A stretch of DNA of 64,000 nt from Rhodoluna sp. (GTDB taxonomy: Bacteria > Actinomycetota > Actinomycetes > Actinomycetales > Microbacteriaceae): assembly GCA_024641985.1 (NCBI GenBank), contig JAHEBZ010000004.1:105047-169046 (forward strand). Direction: 5' to 3'. The number at the start of each line of letters is the position of its first letter. Position 1 is the stretch's first letter. Both the position numbers and the translations under genes were made by a program. Shown here piece after piece: positions 35,376 to 44,421 of this stretch. The notes beneath the pieces are model-generated. The model worked only from the letters and a program-made list of their open reading frames with translations, was not told the origin of the DNA and did no database searches.

Positions 35376-36734
35376 TTAGTTTTTCATATTCATGAAGCGT
35401 GAGTATTGACCCTGGAAGGCAACCACAACGGTGCCGGTTGGGCCGGAACGTTGCTTTGCCACAATCACATCGGCCTCGGCTACGCGCGGGTGATCTGGCT
35501 GACCAATGCCCTCGCGGTGAAGCAAAATAACAACGTCGGCGTCTTGCTCTAGCGAGCCCGACTCGCGAAGGTGAGAGAGCTCTGGTTTTTTGTCTTTGGT
35601 GTCTTCGGCGCGACGGTTTAGCTGCGAAAGCGCAACAACCGGAACACCAAGCTCTTTGGCAAGAAGCTTTAGTGCACGAGAGAACTCGGAGACCTCTTGC
35701 TGGCGGCTTTCGACCTTTTTGCCCGAGCTCATCAGCTGGATGTAGTCGATGACGATCATTTGAAGGCCGACCCGCTGATGCAGGCGGCGGCATTTGGCGC
35801 GAATTTCCACAAGGGTCATGTTTGGGCTGTCGTCGATATAAAGCGGGGCATCGTTGATTTTGCCACGCACCGATGCCAAGCGGGCCCAGTCTTTGTCTTC
35901 GAGTGAGCCCTTGCGCATGGCTTGCAGCGGAATTTGTGATTCGGCAGAGAGCATGCGCATTGCGATTTCGGCGCGGCCCATTTCGAGTGAGAAGAAGATG
36001 GTTGCTTTATTTGCGCGAAGCGCCGCATTGCGGGCCAGATCGAGCGCAAAGGTTGACTTGCCCACCGCTGGGCGAGCCGCCAAGATGATGAGCTGGCCCG
36101 GGTGCATGCCGTGAGTCATGTCGTCGAGCTCGGGGAACCCCGAGGGAACACCAACCATGTCTCCGCCGCGGCTTTGAGCCAACTCCATCTCGTGAATGGC
36201 GGCCTCGATTGAATCACTTAGAGCAACGTAGTCTTCGCTCGCTGCACCGCGGGTAACCGAGTAGACATCTGACTGGGCTTGGTTTACCAGGTCTTCTACT
36301 TCACCCTCGTTGGCGTAGCCCATTTGAGCAATGCGAGTGCCAACCTCTACGAGGCGGCGCAGAGTGCTTTTTTCGGCGACGATTTTTGCATAGAACGAAG
36401 CATTTGCGGCGGTTGGCACAATTGAGGTGAGGGTGTGCAGATAATCGGCCCCGCCCGCCTTGATGATGTTGCCGGCTTTGGTGAGCTCGTCGGTGACTGT
36501 GATCACATCGGTTGGCTCGCCCTTGGCGAAAAGGCTCAAAATTGCATCGAAAATTATTTCGTGCTTGGGGGCATAGAAATCGGCGCCCTTCACCGACTCT
36601 TGCACTTCGGCGACAGCGTCGCCCGAAAGCAGCATGCCGCCAAGGGCGCTTTGCTCGGCAAGCATGTCGTTTGGCAGCATGCGCTGTTCGCCGCGGTTGT
36701 AGTCAACCGGCGGTGGGGCTGCATCAAATGCCAT
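35376..36734 (-). CDS. dnaB: Replicative DNA helicase DnaB
   Basis: 452 aa. It has EQSALGGMLLS, Walker A ARPAVGKST, and SLEM...IDYIQLM...SQLNR. There is no intein. Confidence 0.95.
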   Translation of the reverse strand: MAFDAAPPPVDYNRGEQRMLPNDMLAEQSALGGMLLSGDAVAEVQESVKGADFYAPKHEIIFDAILSLFAKGEPTDVITVTDELTKAGNIIKAGGADYLHTLTSIVPTAANASFYAKIVAEKSTLRRLVEVGTRIAQMGYANEGEVEDLVNQAQSDVYSVTRGAASEDYVALSDSIEAAIHEMELAQSRGGDMVGVPSGFPELDDMTHGMHPGQLIILAARPAVGKSTFALDLARNAALRANKATIFFSLEMGRAEIAMRMLSAESQIPLQAMRKGSLEDKDWARLASVRGKINDAPLYIDDSPNMTLVEIRAKCRRLHQRVGLQMIVIDYIQLMSSGKKVESRQQEVSEFSRALKLLAKELGVPVVALSQLNRRAEDTKDKKPELSHLRESGSLEQDADVVILLHREGIGQPDHPRVAEADVIVAKQRSGPTGTVVVAFQGQYSRFMNMKN

Positions 36735-36803
36735 TGAAGATCCTTATTCTCATGAGAGTTAATGTCTAGCATCCACTACCGACAACTAACTTGAAAGTTT
36801 GCC

Positions 36804-36979
36804 TGTGTATAACTTTGTGAATAACTGTGCAGACACGCCCTAATAACTATGTGCAAATTGTTAGCAACTCTGTGCATAACCTGTGAATTATTTTACAAAT
36901 TCCGCTAAATTACTGGCATTGGGGCTGTGGATAAATATAGTTAACAAACCCTAAACCAATGCCTAAGGGTTGTGCATAA
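36804..36979. promoter_or_regulatory. Cluster of co-oriented DnaA boxes upstream of dnaB
   Basis: Five exact TTATNCACA matches, read as TGTGNATAA, start at 36804, 36816, 36871, 36926 (the perfect TTATCCACA) and 36971. One-mismatch and two-mismatch boxes start at 36826, 36850 and 36883. Confidence 0.6.
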
Positions 36980-36995
36980 CCTTCAAGTTAAAGCA

Positions 36996-37023
36996 GAACG
37001 GGATCCCTCTCGGGACCCCGTTC
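36996..37023 (-). terminator. Hairpin terminator after rplI
   Basis: GAACGGGGTCCC-GAGA-GGGATCCCGTTC on the minus strand forms an 11-bp stem with one mismatch. It is followed by a modest T-rich tract. Confidence 0.55.
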
Positions 37024-37041
37024 CAAACCTTCTTTAGAAGA

Positions 37042-37494
37042 TTACTTCTTGCCTACAACCTGTAGCTTGATGGTCGCAAGAACGTCGCCGTGAAGACGAA
37101 CGGTAGCTGCGTGCTCACCGGTGCTGCGGATTGGTGCAACAAAGGCAACCTTGCGCTTGTCTAGCTCGGCTAGACCTGAGGCCACAACTGCGGCTACAAC
37201 GTCTGAGGTCTTGACGGCGCCGAATAGACGGCCGCCAACGCCAGCCTTAACAACAAGGCGAACTGCCTTGCCCTCAAGCTGAGCCTTTAGTGCGTGGGCT
37301 TCTTCGATGGTTGCTAGGGCGCGTGAATCGCGGGCAGCCTTGATTGACTCAACCTGCTTCTCGCCACCCTTGCTCCATAGAACTGCGAAACCGCGAGGCA
37401 GTAGGTAGTTACGTGCGTAACCGTTCTTTACCTCAACAACATCGCCGGCAGAACCGAGGCCTGAGACCTCGTTGGTCAGAATTAGCTTTGACAT
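37042..37494 (-). CDS. rplI: 50S ribosomal protein L9
   Basis: 150 aa. [35 protein letters not shown] is canonical L9. Confidence 0.95.
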   Translation of the reverse strand: MSKLILTNEVSGLGSAGDVVEVKNGYARNYLLPRGFAVLWSKGGEKQVESIKAARDSRALATIEEAHALKAQLEGKAVRLVVKAGVGGRLFGAVKTSDVVAAVVASGLAELDKRKVAFVAPIRSTGEHAATVRLHGDVLATIKLQVVGKK

Positions 37495-37505
37495 TCGATT
37501 TCTCC

Positions 37506-37769
37506 TTAGCGGCCAGCGCCTGCGTATGGCATTAGCGCCATTTCGCGAGCGTTCTTAACGGCACGGGCGATGAGACGCTGTTCCTGTACAGAAACACCGG
37601 TGATGCGACGGGCGCGAATCTTGCCGCGGTCCGAAACGAACTTGCGAAGAGTCGCAATATCCTTGTAGTCGATGACGCCAACCTTGATTGCCTTGGCAGG
37701 TACGTCTTTTAGGTTCTTTGAGTTGCGCTTTGGCTTCTTGCTGTTGCGCGGATCACTCTTTGCAGCCAT
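37506..37769 (-). CDS. rpsR: 30S ribosomal protein S18
   Basis: 87 aa. It reads [26 protein letters not shown]...[19 protein letters not shown]. Confidence 0.95.
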   Translation of the reverse strand: MAAKSDPRNSKKPKRNSKNLKDVPAKAIKVGVIDYKDIATLRKFVSDRGKIRARRITGVSVQEQRLIARAVKNAREMALMPYAGAGR

Positions 37770-37800
37770 TAGTTTCTCCTAATAAATTCTGGTAAGTCTT

Positions 37801-38313
37801 CTAGAACGGGGTGTCGTCGCCGGTTGAGGCGGTGCCTGGGTTTGCCCATGCGTCATCGGCGGGCTTTGAGGCCCTCGATGTTGCTGGTGCATCTGCCCAT
37901 GGGTCGCCTGCAACTGCACTAGCACCAGAACCTGCGCCACCCTCGCGAGCGCGACGAGTAACCGATGCGGTTGCGTAACGCAACGATGCACCAATCTCTT
38001 CGATCTCTAGCTCAAGCGAAGCGCGAGCCTCGCCCTGAGCCGATTGGTAAGCAGATGGTGCCTTTAGGCGGCCAGTAACCACAACACGGGTGCCCTTGGT
38101 GAGCGACTGAGCAACATTCTCAGCTACTTCACGCCAAGCGGTGCAGCGAACCCATACGGTTTCGCCGTCTTCCCATGCGCTGGTTTGGCGGTTAAAGGTG
38201 CGAGGGGTTGAGCCCACTCGAACGCTAACAACAGCCACGCCACCTTGGGTGTAACGCAGTTCAGGATCGTCAGCTAGATTGCCGACAATCGTGACGTTGA
38301 CTTCCCCGGCCAT
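37801..38313 (-). CDS. ssb: Single-stranded DNA-binding protein
   Basis: 170 aa. It has an OB fold (MAGEVNVTIVGNL..DPELRYT), a Gly/Ala-rich linker and the acidic tip DDTPF. Confidence 0.95.
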   Translation of the reverse strand: MAGEVNVTIVGNLADDPELRYTQGGVAVVSVRVGSTPRTFNRQTSAWEDGETVWVRCTAWREVAENVAQSLTKGTRVVVTGRLKAPSAYQSAQGEARASLELEIEEIGASLRYATASVTRRAREGGAGSGASAVAGDPWADAPATSRASKPADDAWANPGTASTGDDTPF

Positions 38314-38319
38314 GAGTCT

Positions 38320-38715
38320 TTACTCGGCCTTCTTGGTCTTTGGAGCAGCCTTCTTGGCTGCAGGTGCCTCGGCAGCAGCTTCTTCGGCCGAAACCTCAGG
38401 AACTGAAACTGGCTTGATGTTTACGACAGCCTCGTCAGCGCGTAGCACCTTGGTGCGCAATACGGCTTCTGAAAGGTTTAGCTGACGGTCAAGCTCAACG
38501 ATTGCAGCTGAATCTGCGGTCATGTTGACCACAGCATAGATGCCTTCGGTGTGCTTTTTGATTTCGTAAGCCAGACGGCGACGGCCCCAGATGTCAACGT
38601 TGTCTACAGTGCCGTTCGCATTGCGGATTACGTTTAGGAATTTATCTAGGGATGGAGCAACGGTACGTTCTTCGACGGTAGGGTCGAGGATCACCATGAG
38701 CTCATACTTATGCAT
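38320..38715 (-). CDS. rpsF: 30S ribosomal protein S6 with an Ala/Lys/Glu-rich C-terminal extension
   Basis: 131 aa. The sequence is [12 protein letters not shown]...GRRRLAYEI, followed by a low-complexity tail of about 35 aa. Confidence 0.95.
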   Translation of the reverse strand: MHKYELMVILDPTVEERTVAPSLDKFLNVIRNANGTVDNVDIWGRRRLAYEIKKHTEGIYAVVNMTADSAAIVELDRQLNLSEAVLRTKVLRADEAVVNIKPVSVPEVSAEEAAAEAPAAKKAAPKTKKAE

Positions 38716-38850
38716 AACTAACCCACCTCCTTTGGACTAGAGCGGCCACGGGCTTTCCGTGACAGGAGGGTCTTGCATAGCTGACTGCACAATGTGCAAT
38801 CGGTTTTGTTGTCAGAATGCGAGACAGGGCTCGCGGACAACCTCTCTAGC

Positions 38851-40269
38851 CTAGCGGTTGTTCCACCAGGCAAGCAAGCGTTTTTCGGCTTCTTCTTCGC
38901 CCAGTTGGCCCTCTTCGAGGCGCAGTTCCATCAAATATTTATAGGCTTCGCCGACATCCTTGGATGGTTTCAAATTCAAAATGCTCATGATTTGTTCGCC
39001 GCTGAGGTCTGGGCGCATGGCATTCAGCTCTTCTTGCTCCATCACCTCGGCAATTCGGTGCTCTAAATCATCGTATGCGTGCGACAAACGCTCGGCTTTG
39101 CGCTTGTTACGGGTGGTCACATCGGCGCGGGTGAGCGCGTGCAGGCGAAGCAGTTGGTCACCGGCATCGCGAACATAGCGGCGAATAGCCGAGTCTGTCC
39201 AGGCTTGATCGCTGTAGCCGAAGAAGCGCAGGTGCAATTCGATTAGGCGAGCAACCGACTTGATGCTGTCGTTATCGAACTTGAGCGCCTTCATGCGCTT
39301 GGTGGCCAACTTGGCGCCAACCATGTCGTGGTGATAAAACGAAACCCCGCCACCCGGCTCTAATTTGCGGGTTAGCGGCTTGCCGCAGTCGTGCAGCAGC
39401 GCGGCAAAGCGCAGCACAAAGTCGCCCTCAAGGTTGTAATCCTTTTCATAACCGATTGCCTGGTCAACAACGGTCAGGGTGTGCTCATACACATCTTTGT
39501 GGTGGTGGTGTTCGTCGGTTTCAAGCTTTAGCGCGGGCAGTTCGGGCAGCACAATTGCCGCCATTCCACTATCAACCAGCACCTCAAGGCCGGCGCGCGG
39601 GTTGGCGCCAAGCATCAACTTCACAAATTCGGCTTGGATGCGCTCTGCGCTGATCATCTCGAGGCTAGCCGCCATGTTTTTCATGGCTTCAAAAGTTTCT
39701 GGCTCGATCTCAAAGCCAAGTTGACTGGCAAAGCGAGCACCCCGCATCATGCGAAGCGGGTCGTCGCCAAAAGAGTCTTGGGGCTTGCCGGGGGTGCGCA
39801 AGATGCCATCGAGTAGGTCTTGAAGACCCTTGTGCGGGTCGACGAAAACCTTTTCTGGAAGGCGCAGTGCCATCGAGTTGACCGTAAAATCGCGTCGAAA
39901 CAGGTCGTCTTCGAGGTTTTTGCCAAAAGCCACCTCGGGCTTGCGAGTGATGTGGTCGTATTTGTCGGCGCGATAGGTCGTGATTTCAACGGTGTCATCG
40001 CCGATTCTGGCCCCGATGGTGCCAAATTCGCGACCGATGTCCCAGTGCACATCAACGTGGGGCTTGAGTATCGCCAGGGTTTCATCTGGGGTAGCCGAAG
40101 TGGTGAAATCTAGGTCTGGAGACTTGCGGCCCAAAAAGGCATCTCGAACCGGGCCGCCAACCAGCGAAAGTTCGTGGCCGGCCTCGGCAAAAATGCGCCC
40201 GAGTGTGACAAATAGCGGACTGTCGGTGGTCCGCTCTAAATTAGCAATCGCCTCTGCCACTGTGCGCAT
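38851..40269 (-). CDS. cca: CCA-adding tRNA nucleotidyltransferase / poly(A) polymerase family with an HD domain
   Basis: 472 aa. It has GGPVRD...DLDF, RDFTVN, and the HD motif LLHDCGKP. Confidence 0.9.
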   Translation of the reverse strand: MRTVAEAIANLERTTDSPLFVTLGRIFAEAGHELSLVGGPVRDAFLGRKSPDLDFTTSATPDETLAILKPHVDVHWDIGREFGTIGARIGDDTVEITTYRADKYDHITRKPEVAFGKNLEDDLFRRDFTVNSMALRLPEKVFVDPHKGLQDLLDGILRTPGKPQDSFGDDPLRMMRGARFASQLGFEIEPETFEAMKNMAASLEMISAERIQAEFVKLMLGANPRAGLEVLVDSGMAAIVLPELPALKLETDEHHHHKDVYEHTLTVVDQAIGYEKDYNLEGDFVLRFAALLHDCGKPLTRKLEPGGGVSFYHHDMVGAKLATKRMKALKFDNDSIKSVARLIELHLRFFGYSDQAWTDSAIRRYVRDAGDQLLRLHALTRADVTTRNKRKAERLSHAYDDLEHRIAEVMEQEELNAMRPDLSGEQIMSILNLKPSKDVGEAYKYLMELRLEEGQLGEEEAEKRLLAWWNNR

Positions 40270-40310
40270 GAGTCAATCGTGCCACAGAGCTAGTCGATTA
40301 GAGTTGGGTT

Positions 40311-40790
40311 ATGAATGCAAAGCCTTCGAAGCCGGGTCAAACCCGTCGTCGAACCAGAGTCGAAGAGACCTCATCTGGTGGCTTTGTGATGGCTGCCGAT
40401 GGTTCAAACCGGGTGGCCCTAATCGGGCGCGAATCTCGTTCGGGTCGCATCGATTGGTGTGTGCCAAAGGGGCACCCAGAGGGCACCGAAACGCTTGAGC
40501 AGGCGGCAATTCGTGAGATCTTTGAAGAAACCGGCCTCGAGGTCGAAATTCTTGAGCGCCTCGGCGAGATTCAATACGAATTCTCGGCAGGCAACAAATT
40601 CATCGTCAAAACCGTTCACCACTACTTAATGCGTCAAACTGGCGGCGATCTCACAATCGAAAACGACCCGCAGCAAGAGGCAGTTGATGTGCAGTGGTTC
40701 GCCGTCGATGGGCTGCAAACCACGTTGGCCCACCAAAACGAGCGTCGAATTGCTCGCATTGTGAGCGAGTGGATCGAGCAGAACCAATGA
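40311..40790 (+). CDS. NUDIX hydrolase (MutT4-position)
   Basis: 159 aa. The Nudix box is GHPEGTETLEQAAIREIFEETGL. It is divergent from cca, as in mycobacteria. Confidence 0.85.
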   Translation: MNAKPSKPGQTRRRTRVEETSSGGFVMAADGSNRVALIGRESRSGRIDWCVPKGHPEGTETLEQAAIREIFEETGLEVEILERLGEIQYEFSAGNKFIVKTVHHYLMRQTGGDLTIENDPQQEAVDVQWFAVDGLQTTLAHQNERRIARIVSEWIEQNQ

Positions 40791-41362
40791 AGCGGGCCCT
40801 GATTTCGGCCCTATTGTCGCTGGCCATGGTGGTTGGTTCGGCTCTAGGCAGCGCACCGGCCCAGGCAAGCCCGGCCTTACCCGATGGCTTTCCGTCGGTG
40901 CACATTGTGCCCGGCTCAACCATCAACCTGGTTTCACGCGAATCAAATGTTCCCGTTCGAATTCAAAACGATTTTGACTCAGATGTTCGCGTGCACGTGC
41001 ACATGCGCCCAAGCAACCCAAGAGTTTGGGTGCCAAATGCTGTCGAAATCACCGTTCCGGCAAACTCGGCAATAAACGCCAAGGTGCCGGTTAAGGCAAT
41101 AGCCAACGGCAAGGTGTTTCTAATTGTTTGGCTCACCACCTTCTCGGGAATCAAGCTCGACAGTCAATCAATTTTGCAAATGAACGTCAACGCCGACATC
41201 GAGCAAACAATGCTCTATGCCTTTGGTGGCGGGGTTTTGGTTCTCGGGGTGTTTGGCTGGGTTCGCACAATGCGCAAGCGCCGTCGCAAACTTTTGGCTC
41301 AAGAGCAGGCCGATTCCGAAATCGAAGTTAGCGCTATTAAGTTGGCCCGAGGCAACTCTTGA
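40787..41362 (+). CDS. Secreted, C-terminally membrane-anchored hypothetical protein
   Basis: The internal start MKRALISALLSLAMVVGSALGSAPAQA gives a signal peptide and overlaps the NUDIX stop as ATGA. A C-terminal TM segment is followed by RKRRRK. Confidence 0.6.
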   Translation: MKRALISALLSLAMVVGSALGSAPAQASPALPDGFPSVHIVPGSTINLVSRESNVPVRIQNDFDSDVRVHVHMRPSNPRVWVPNAVEITVPANSAINAKVPVKAIANGKVFLIVWLTTFSGIKLDSQSILQMNVNADIEQTMLYAFGGGVLVLGVFGWVRTMRKRRRKLLAQEQADSEIEVSAIKLARGNS

Positions 41363-42984
41363 GCATCGCCAAATCAAGCATGCTGATGGCCAGCGGCACG
41401 GTTTTGTCGCGAATCCTTGGGTTTATTCGCGCTATCATCACTGCTTCGGCAATTGGCGTTACAACCAATGCGGCCGATGCCTTCGGCGTTGCCAACCAAC
41501 TGCCAAATAACGTTTACGCCATCATCGCCGGTGGCACCTTAAATGCGGTTTTGGTGCCTCAAATGGTTCGGGCTCGCACCCAAAAAGACGGCGGCGCAAG
41601 CTACATCAATCGTCTGCTCACCTTCATCATCACGGTGTTCTTTGGCATCACTTTGCTGGCAACTTTGGCGGCCCCGGCGCTGGTTGCCGTTTATACCAAC
41701 GGTTGGTCGGCCCAGCAGCTGGCCCTTGCCACGGCCTTTGCCTATTGGTGCCTGCCGCAACTCTTTTTTTACGGCTTGTATTCGATTCTTGGCGAGGTGC
41801 TCAACTCGCGCAGCGCCTTTGGGCCGTTCATGTGGGCACCGGTGCTCAACAACATCGTGTCGTTGGCTGGCCTGGTTGGTTTGGTTTTGGTTTTTGGCGC
41901 CGACCCAACCGGCTCTAGAGCAGTCGAAGACTGGTCGGAAGGCCAAATTGCCATGTTGGCCGGCACCGCCACCGCCGGAGTTGCCTCGCAGGCGCTGATT
42001 TTGTTTGTTGCCTGGAAGCGCATTGGCATGAGCCTGAGCCTGAACTTCCAGTGGCGCGGATTTGGGCTGCGCCCGGCCCTCAAGGCGGCATCGTGGTCGC
42101 TTGGCATGGTTTTAGTCACTCAAATTGGCGGTCTGGTGCAAACCATCGTGGCCTCTGGCGCGATTAGCGCTCGAGCCCAAAACCCGGCCGTTGCCTCGGT
42201 TGCTGCCGCAGGCATTGCCTGGCTGGTGTTTATGTTGCCGCACTCGGTGGCCACGGTTTCGATTGCCACCGCCTACTTCACCAAGATGTCGACTCACGTG
42301 CACCAAAACCGCCTCGACCTCTTGAAGAACGACCTCGCCGCCGGCCTCAGATCGATCGCACTAATTTCGGTCTTTGCCAGCATCGCAATTTCGGTGCTCG
42401 CCTATCCAATTTCGCGCGTCTTCGTTGGCGAGTTTGCGGCAATAATCTCGCTCGGCAACGTGATCATTGCTCTCATGATTGGCCTGCTTCCGTTCAGTTT
42501 TGTTTACATGATGCAACGAGCCTTTTTTGCCCTCGAAGACACGCGAACGCCTTTTTGGTTCACAACGGTTCAAATTGGGCTGCACATAATTGGCTCAATA
42601 GCTGTCGCTTTCACGGTTCCAGCCGAGTGGCTGGTGGTTGCACTTTCGTTGCTCACCGCGGCAACCATCACATTGCAAGCCACCCTTGCCTACTGGCTGC
42701 TATCGAGGCGCATTGGTTCGTTCAAGCACCACGGCATCGCGGCAGCTTGCGGCAAATTCATAGTCTCGGGTCTGCTCGCCGGCCTGCTCGGTTATTCAAC
42801 CCTGCAAATCTTGGGCGGCGTTGAGGCCGGCTCATTTGTTGTGGCCAAGGTGGCCAGCGCTGGCCTCAGCATGGTCATTTCGGGTGCGGTCATGCTGGCC
42901 ATTTATGTAATCTGTCTGCGTTTACTTCGCGTTAAAGAAGTTGACACGGTCTTTTCGGCGATTAGGGGAATAGTTCGCCGCTAA
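41359..42984 (+). CDS. murJ: Lipid II flippase MurJ (MviN)
   Basis: 541 aa with 14 TM segments. The N-terminus is SSMLMASGTVLSRILGFIR and the protein carries the MOP-superfamily pattern. Confidence 0.9.
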   Translation: MSIAKSSMLMASGTVLSRILGFIRAIITASAIGVTTNAADAFGVANQLPNNVYAIIAGGTLNAVLVPQMVRARTQKDGGASYINRLLTFIITVFFGITLLATLAAPALVAVYTNGWSAQQLALATAFAYWCLPQLFFYGLYSILGEVLNSRSAFGPFMWAPVLNNIVSLAGLVGLVLVFGADPTGSRAVEDWSEGQIAMLAGTATAGVASQALILFVAWKRIGMSLSLNFQWRGFGLRPALKAASWSLGMVLVTQIGGLVQTIVASGAISARAQNPAVASVAAAGIAWLVFMLPHSVATVSIATAYFTKMSTHVHQNRLDLLKNDLAAGLRSIALISVFASIAISVLAYPISRVFVGEFAAIISLGNVIIALMIGLLPFSFVYMMQRAFFALEDTRTPFWFTTVQIGLHIIGSIAVAFTVPAEWLVVALSLLTAATITLQATLAYWLLSRRIGSFKHHGIAAACGKFIVSGLLAGLLGYSTLQILGGVEAGSFVVAKVASAGLSMVISGAVMLAIYVICLRLLRVKEVDTVFSAIRGIVRR

Positions 42985-43042
42985 AATTGGCTGAAGCCCT
43001 TGAAATCATTGGTTTCGAGCTTTCTTTCTCAGGAGTTTTATT

Positions 43043-43963
43043 TTGCGCGACGTCATCATCATCGGATCAGGCCCAGCCGGTTACACCGCTGGCATCTACA
43101 CCGCTCGCGCGGGCCTTAAGCCACTTCTGATTGCCAGCTCGGTTGAGGCCGGCGGCGAACTAATGAAGACCACCGAAGTCGAAAACTATCCTGGTTTTCC
43201 GCAGGGCCTGCAGGGGCCAGAGTTGATGGCCAATTTTCAGGCACAGGCTGAGCGCTTTGGCACCGAAATTCTGTTGGATGACGTTGTTGAGGTTGACCTA
43301 AAGGGCGACATCAAGATTGTTAAAACCGGCGGAGGCCAAACCTTCGAGGCAAAGACAGTCATTTTGGCTACCGGAGCTGCCTATCGTGAGCTTGGTTTGC
43401 CGCGCGAAAAAGATCTCAGCGGTCACGGTGTTTCGTGGTGCGCAACCTGCGACGGCTTCTTCTTCCGCGAAAAAACCATTGCAGTGGTTGGCGGTGGCGA
43501 TTCAGCCATGGAAGAAGCAAACTTTTTGACCCGCTTTGCAGCCAAGGTCTATTTGATTCACCGCCGCGACACCTTCAAAGCATCAAAGATCATGCAAGAG
43601 CGCGCAATGGCCAACCCAAAGATCGAAATCATCTACAACAGCGAGATCACCGAGCTAAAGGGCGAGGCAAAACTTGAGGCTGTTACGCTGCGCAGCACCG
43701 TTGACGGCACCGAAAGCAACCTCGACCTCGATGGCCTGTTCATCGCGGTTGGCAACGACCCTCGGGTTTGGTTGGTCGAAAACCAGGTTGAGCTAACCCC
43801 AGAGCGTTTCATCAAGGTTGAGGGTCGCTCTTCAAAAACCACCATCCCGGGCGTTTTTGCCTGTGGTGATGTGATCGACCCAACCTATCGCCAGGCAATC
43901 ACGGCTGCCGGTTCGGGCTGCGTTGCTGCGCTAGACGCAGAGCACTACCTATCTGGCCACTAA
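43043..43963 (+). CDS. trxB: Thioredoxin reductase
   Basis: 306 aa. It has GSGPAGYTA, the redox CATCDG, and GGGDSAMEEA. Confidence 0.95.
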   Translation: MRDVIIIGSGPAGYTAGIYTARAGLKPLLIASSVEAGGELMKTTEVENYPGFPQGLQGPELMANFQAQAERFGTEILLDDVVEVDLKGDIKIVKTGGGQTFEAKTVILATGAAYRELGLPREKDLSGHGVSWCATCDGFFFREKTIAVVGGGDSAMEEANFLTRFAAKVYLIHRRDTFKASKIMQERAMANPKIEIIYNSEITELKGEAKLEAVTLRSTVDGTESNLDLDGLFIAVGNDPRVWLVENQVELTPERFIKVEGRSSKTTIPGVFACGDVIDPTYRQAITAAGSGCVAALDAEHYLSGH

Positions 43964-43978
43964 AACTTTTTGCGTGAA

Positions 43979-43994
43979 TGTTTCACGTGAAACC
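43979..43994. promoter_or_regulatory. parS site (TGTTTCACGTGAAACc, 15/16)
   Basis: It lies in the trxB-trxA intergenic region and matches the ParB-binding consensus. Confidence 0.75.
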
Positions 43995-44028
43995 ATGAGT
44001 AACCAAGAATTCGAAAGAGGAGCACAAA

Positions 44029-44349
44029 ATGGCAAAAGATGTAACCACCGCAAGCTTTCAGGCTGATGTTCTATCGAACCCAAAGCCAGTTCTAGTCGAC
44101 TTTTGGGCCGAGTGGTGTGGCCCATGCCGCCAGGTTTCGCCTATCCTCGACCAGATCGCTGCCGAATACGCTGACAAAATCGAAATTGTCAAAGTTAACG
44201 TAGACAACGAGCCTGGTCTGGCTCAGCAGTATGGCATCACCGGAATTCCTGCGCTGCAGGTTTTTCAGGGCGGCCAGTTGGTCAAGTCGATGGTTGGCGC
44301 CAAGCCAAAGCAGATCTTGGTCAACGAACTAAGCCAGTTTCTCGCCTAG
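44029..44349 (+). CDS. trxA: Thioredoxin
   Basis: 106 aa. The active site is WAEWCGPCR. Confidence 0.95.
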   Translation: MAKDVTTASFQADVLSNPKPVLVDFWAEWCGPCRQVSPILDQIAAEYADKIEIVKVNVDNEPGLAQQYGITGIPALQVFQGGQLVKSMVGAKPKQILVNELSQFLA

Positions 44350-44421
44350 TCACGGGTTTTATTAGCGGTCAGCCTTCGATAGGCTAGTCCGAATACCTTT
44401 ATTTGTCTGGGGAGTAGATTC

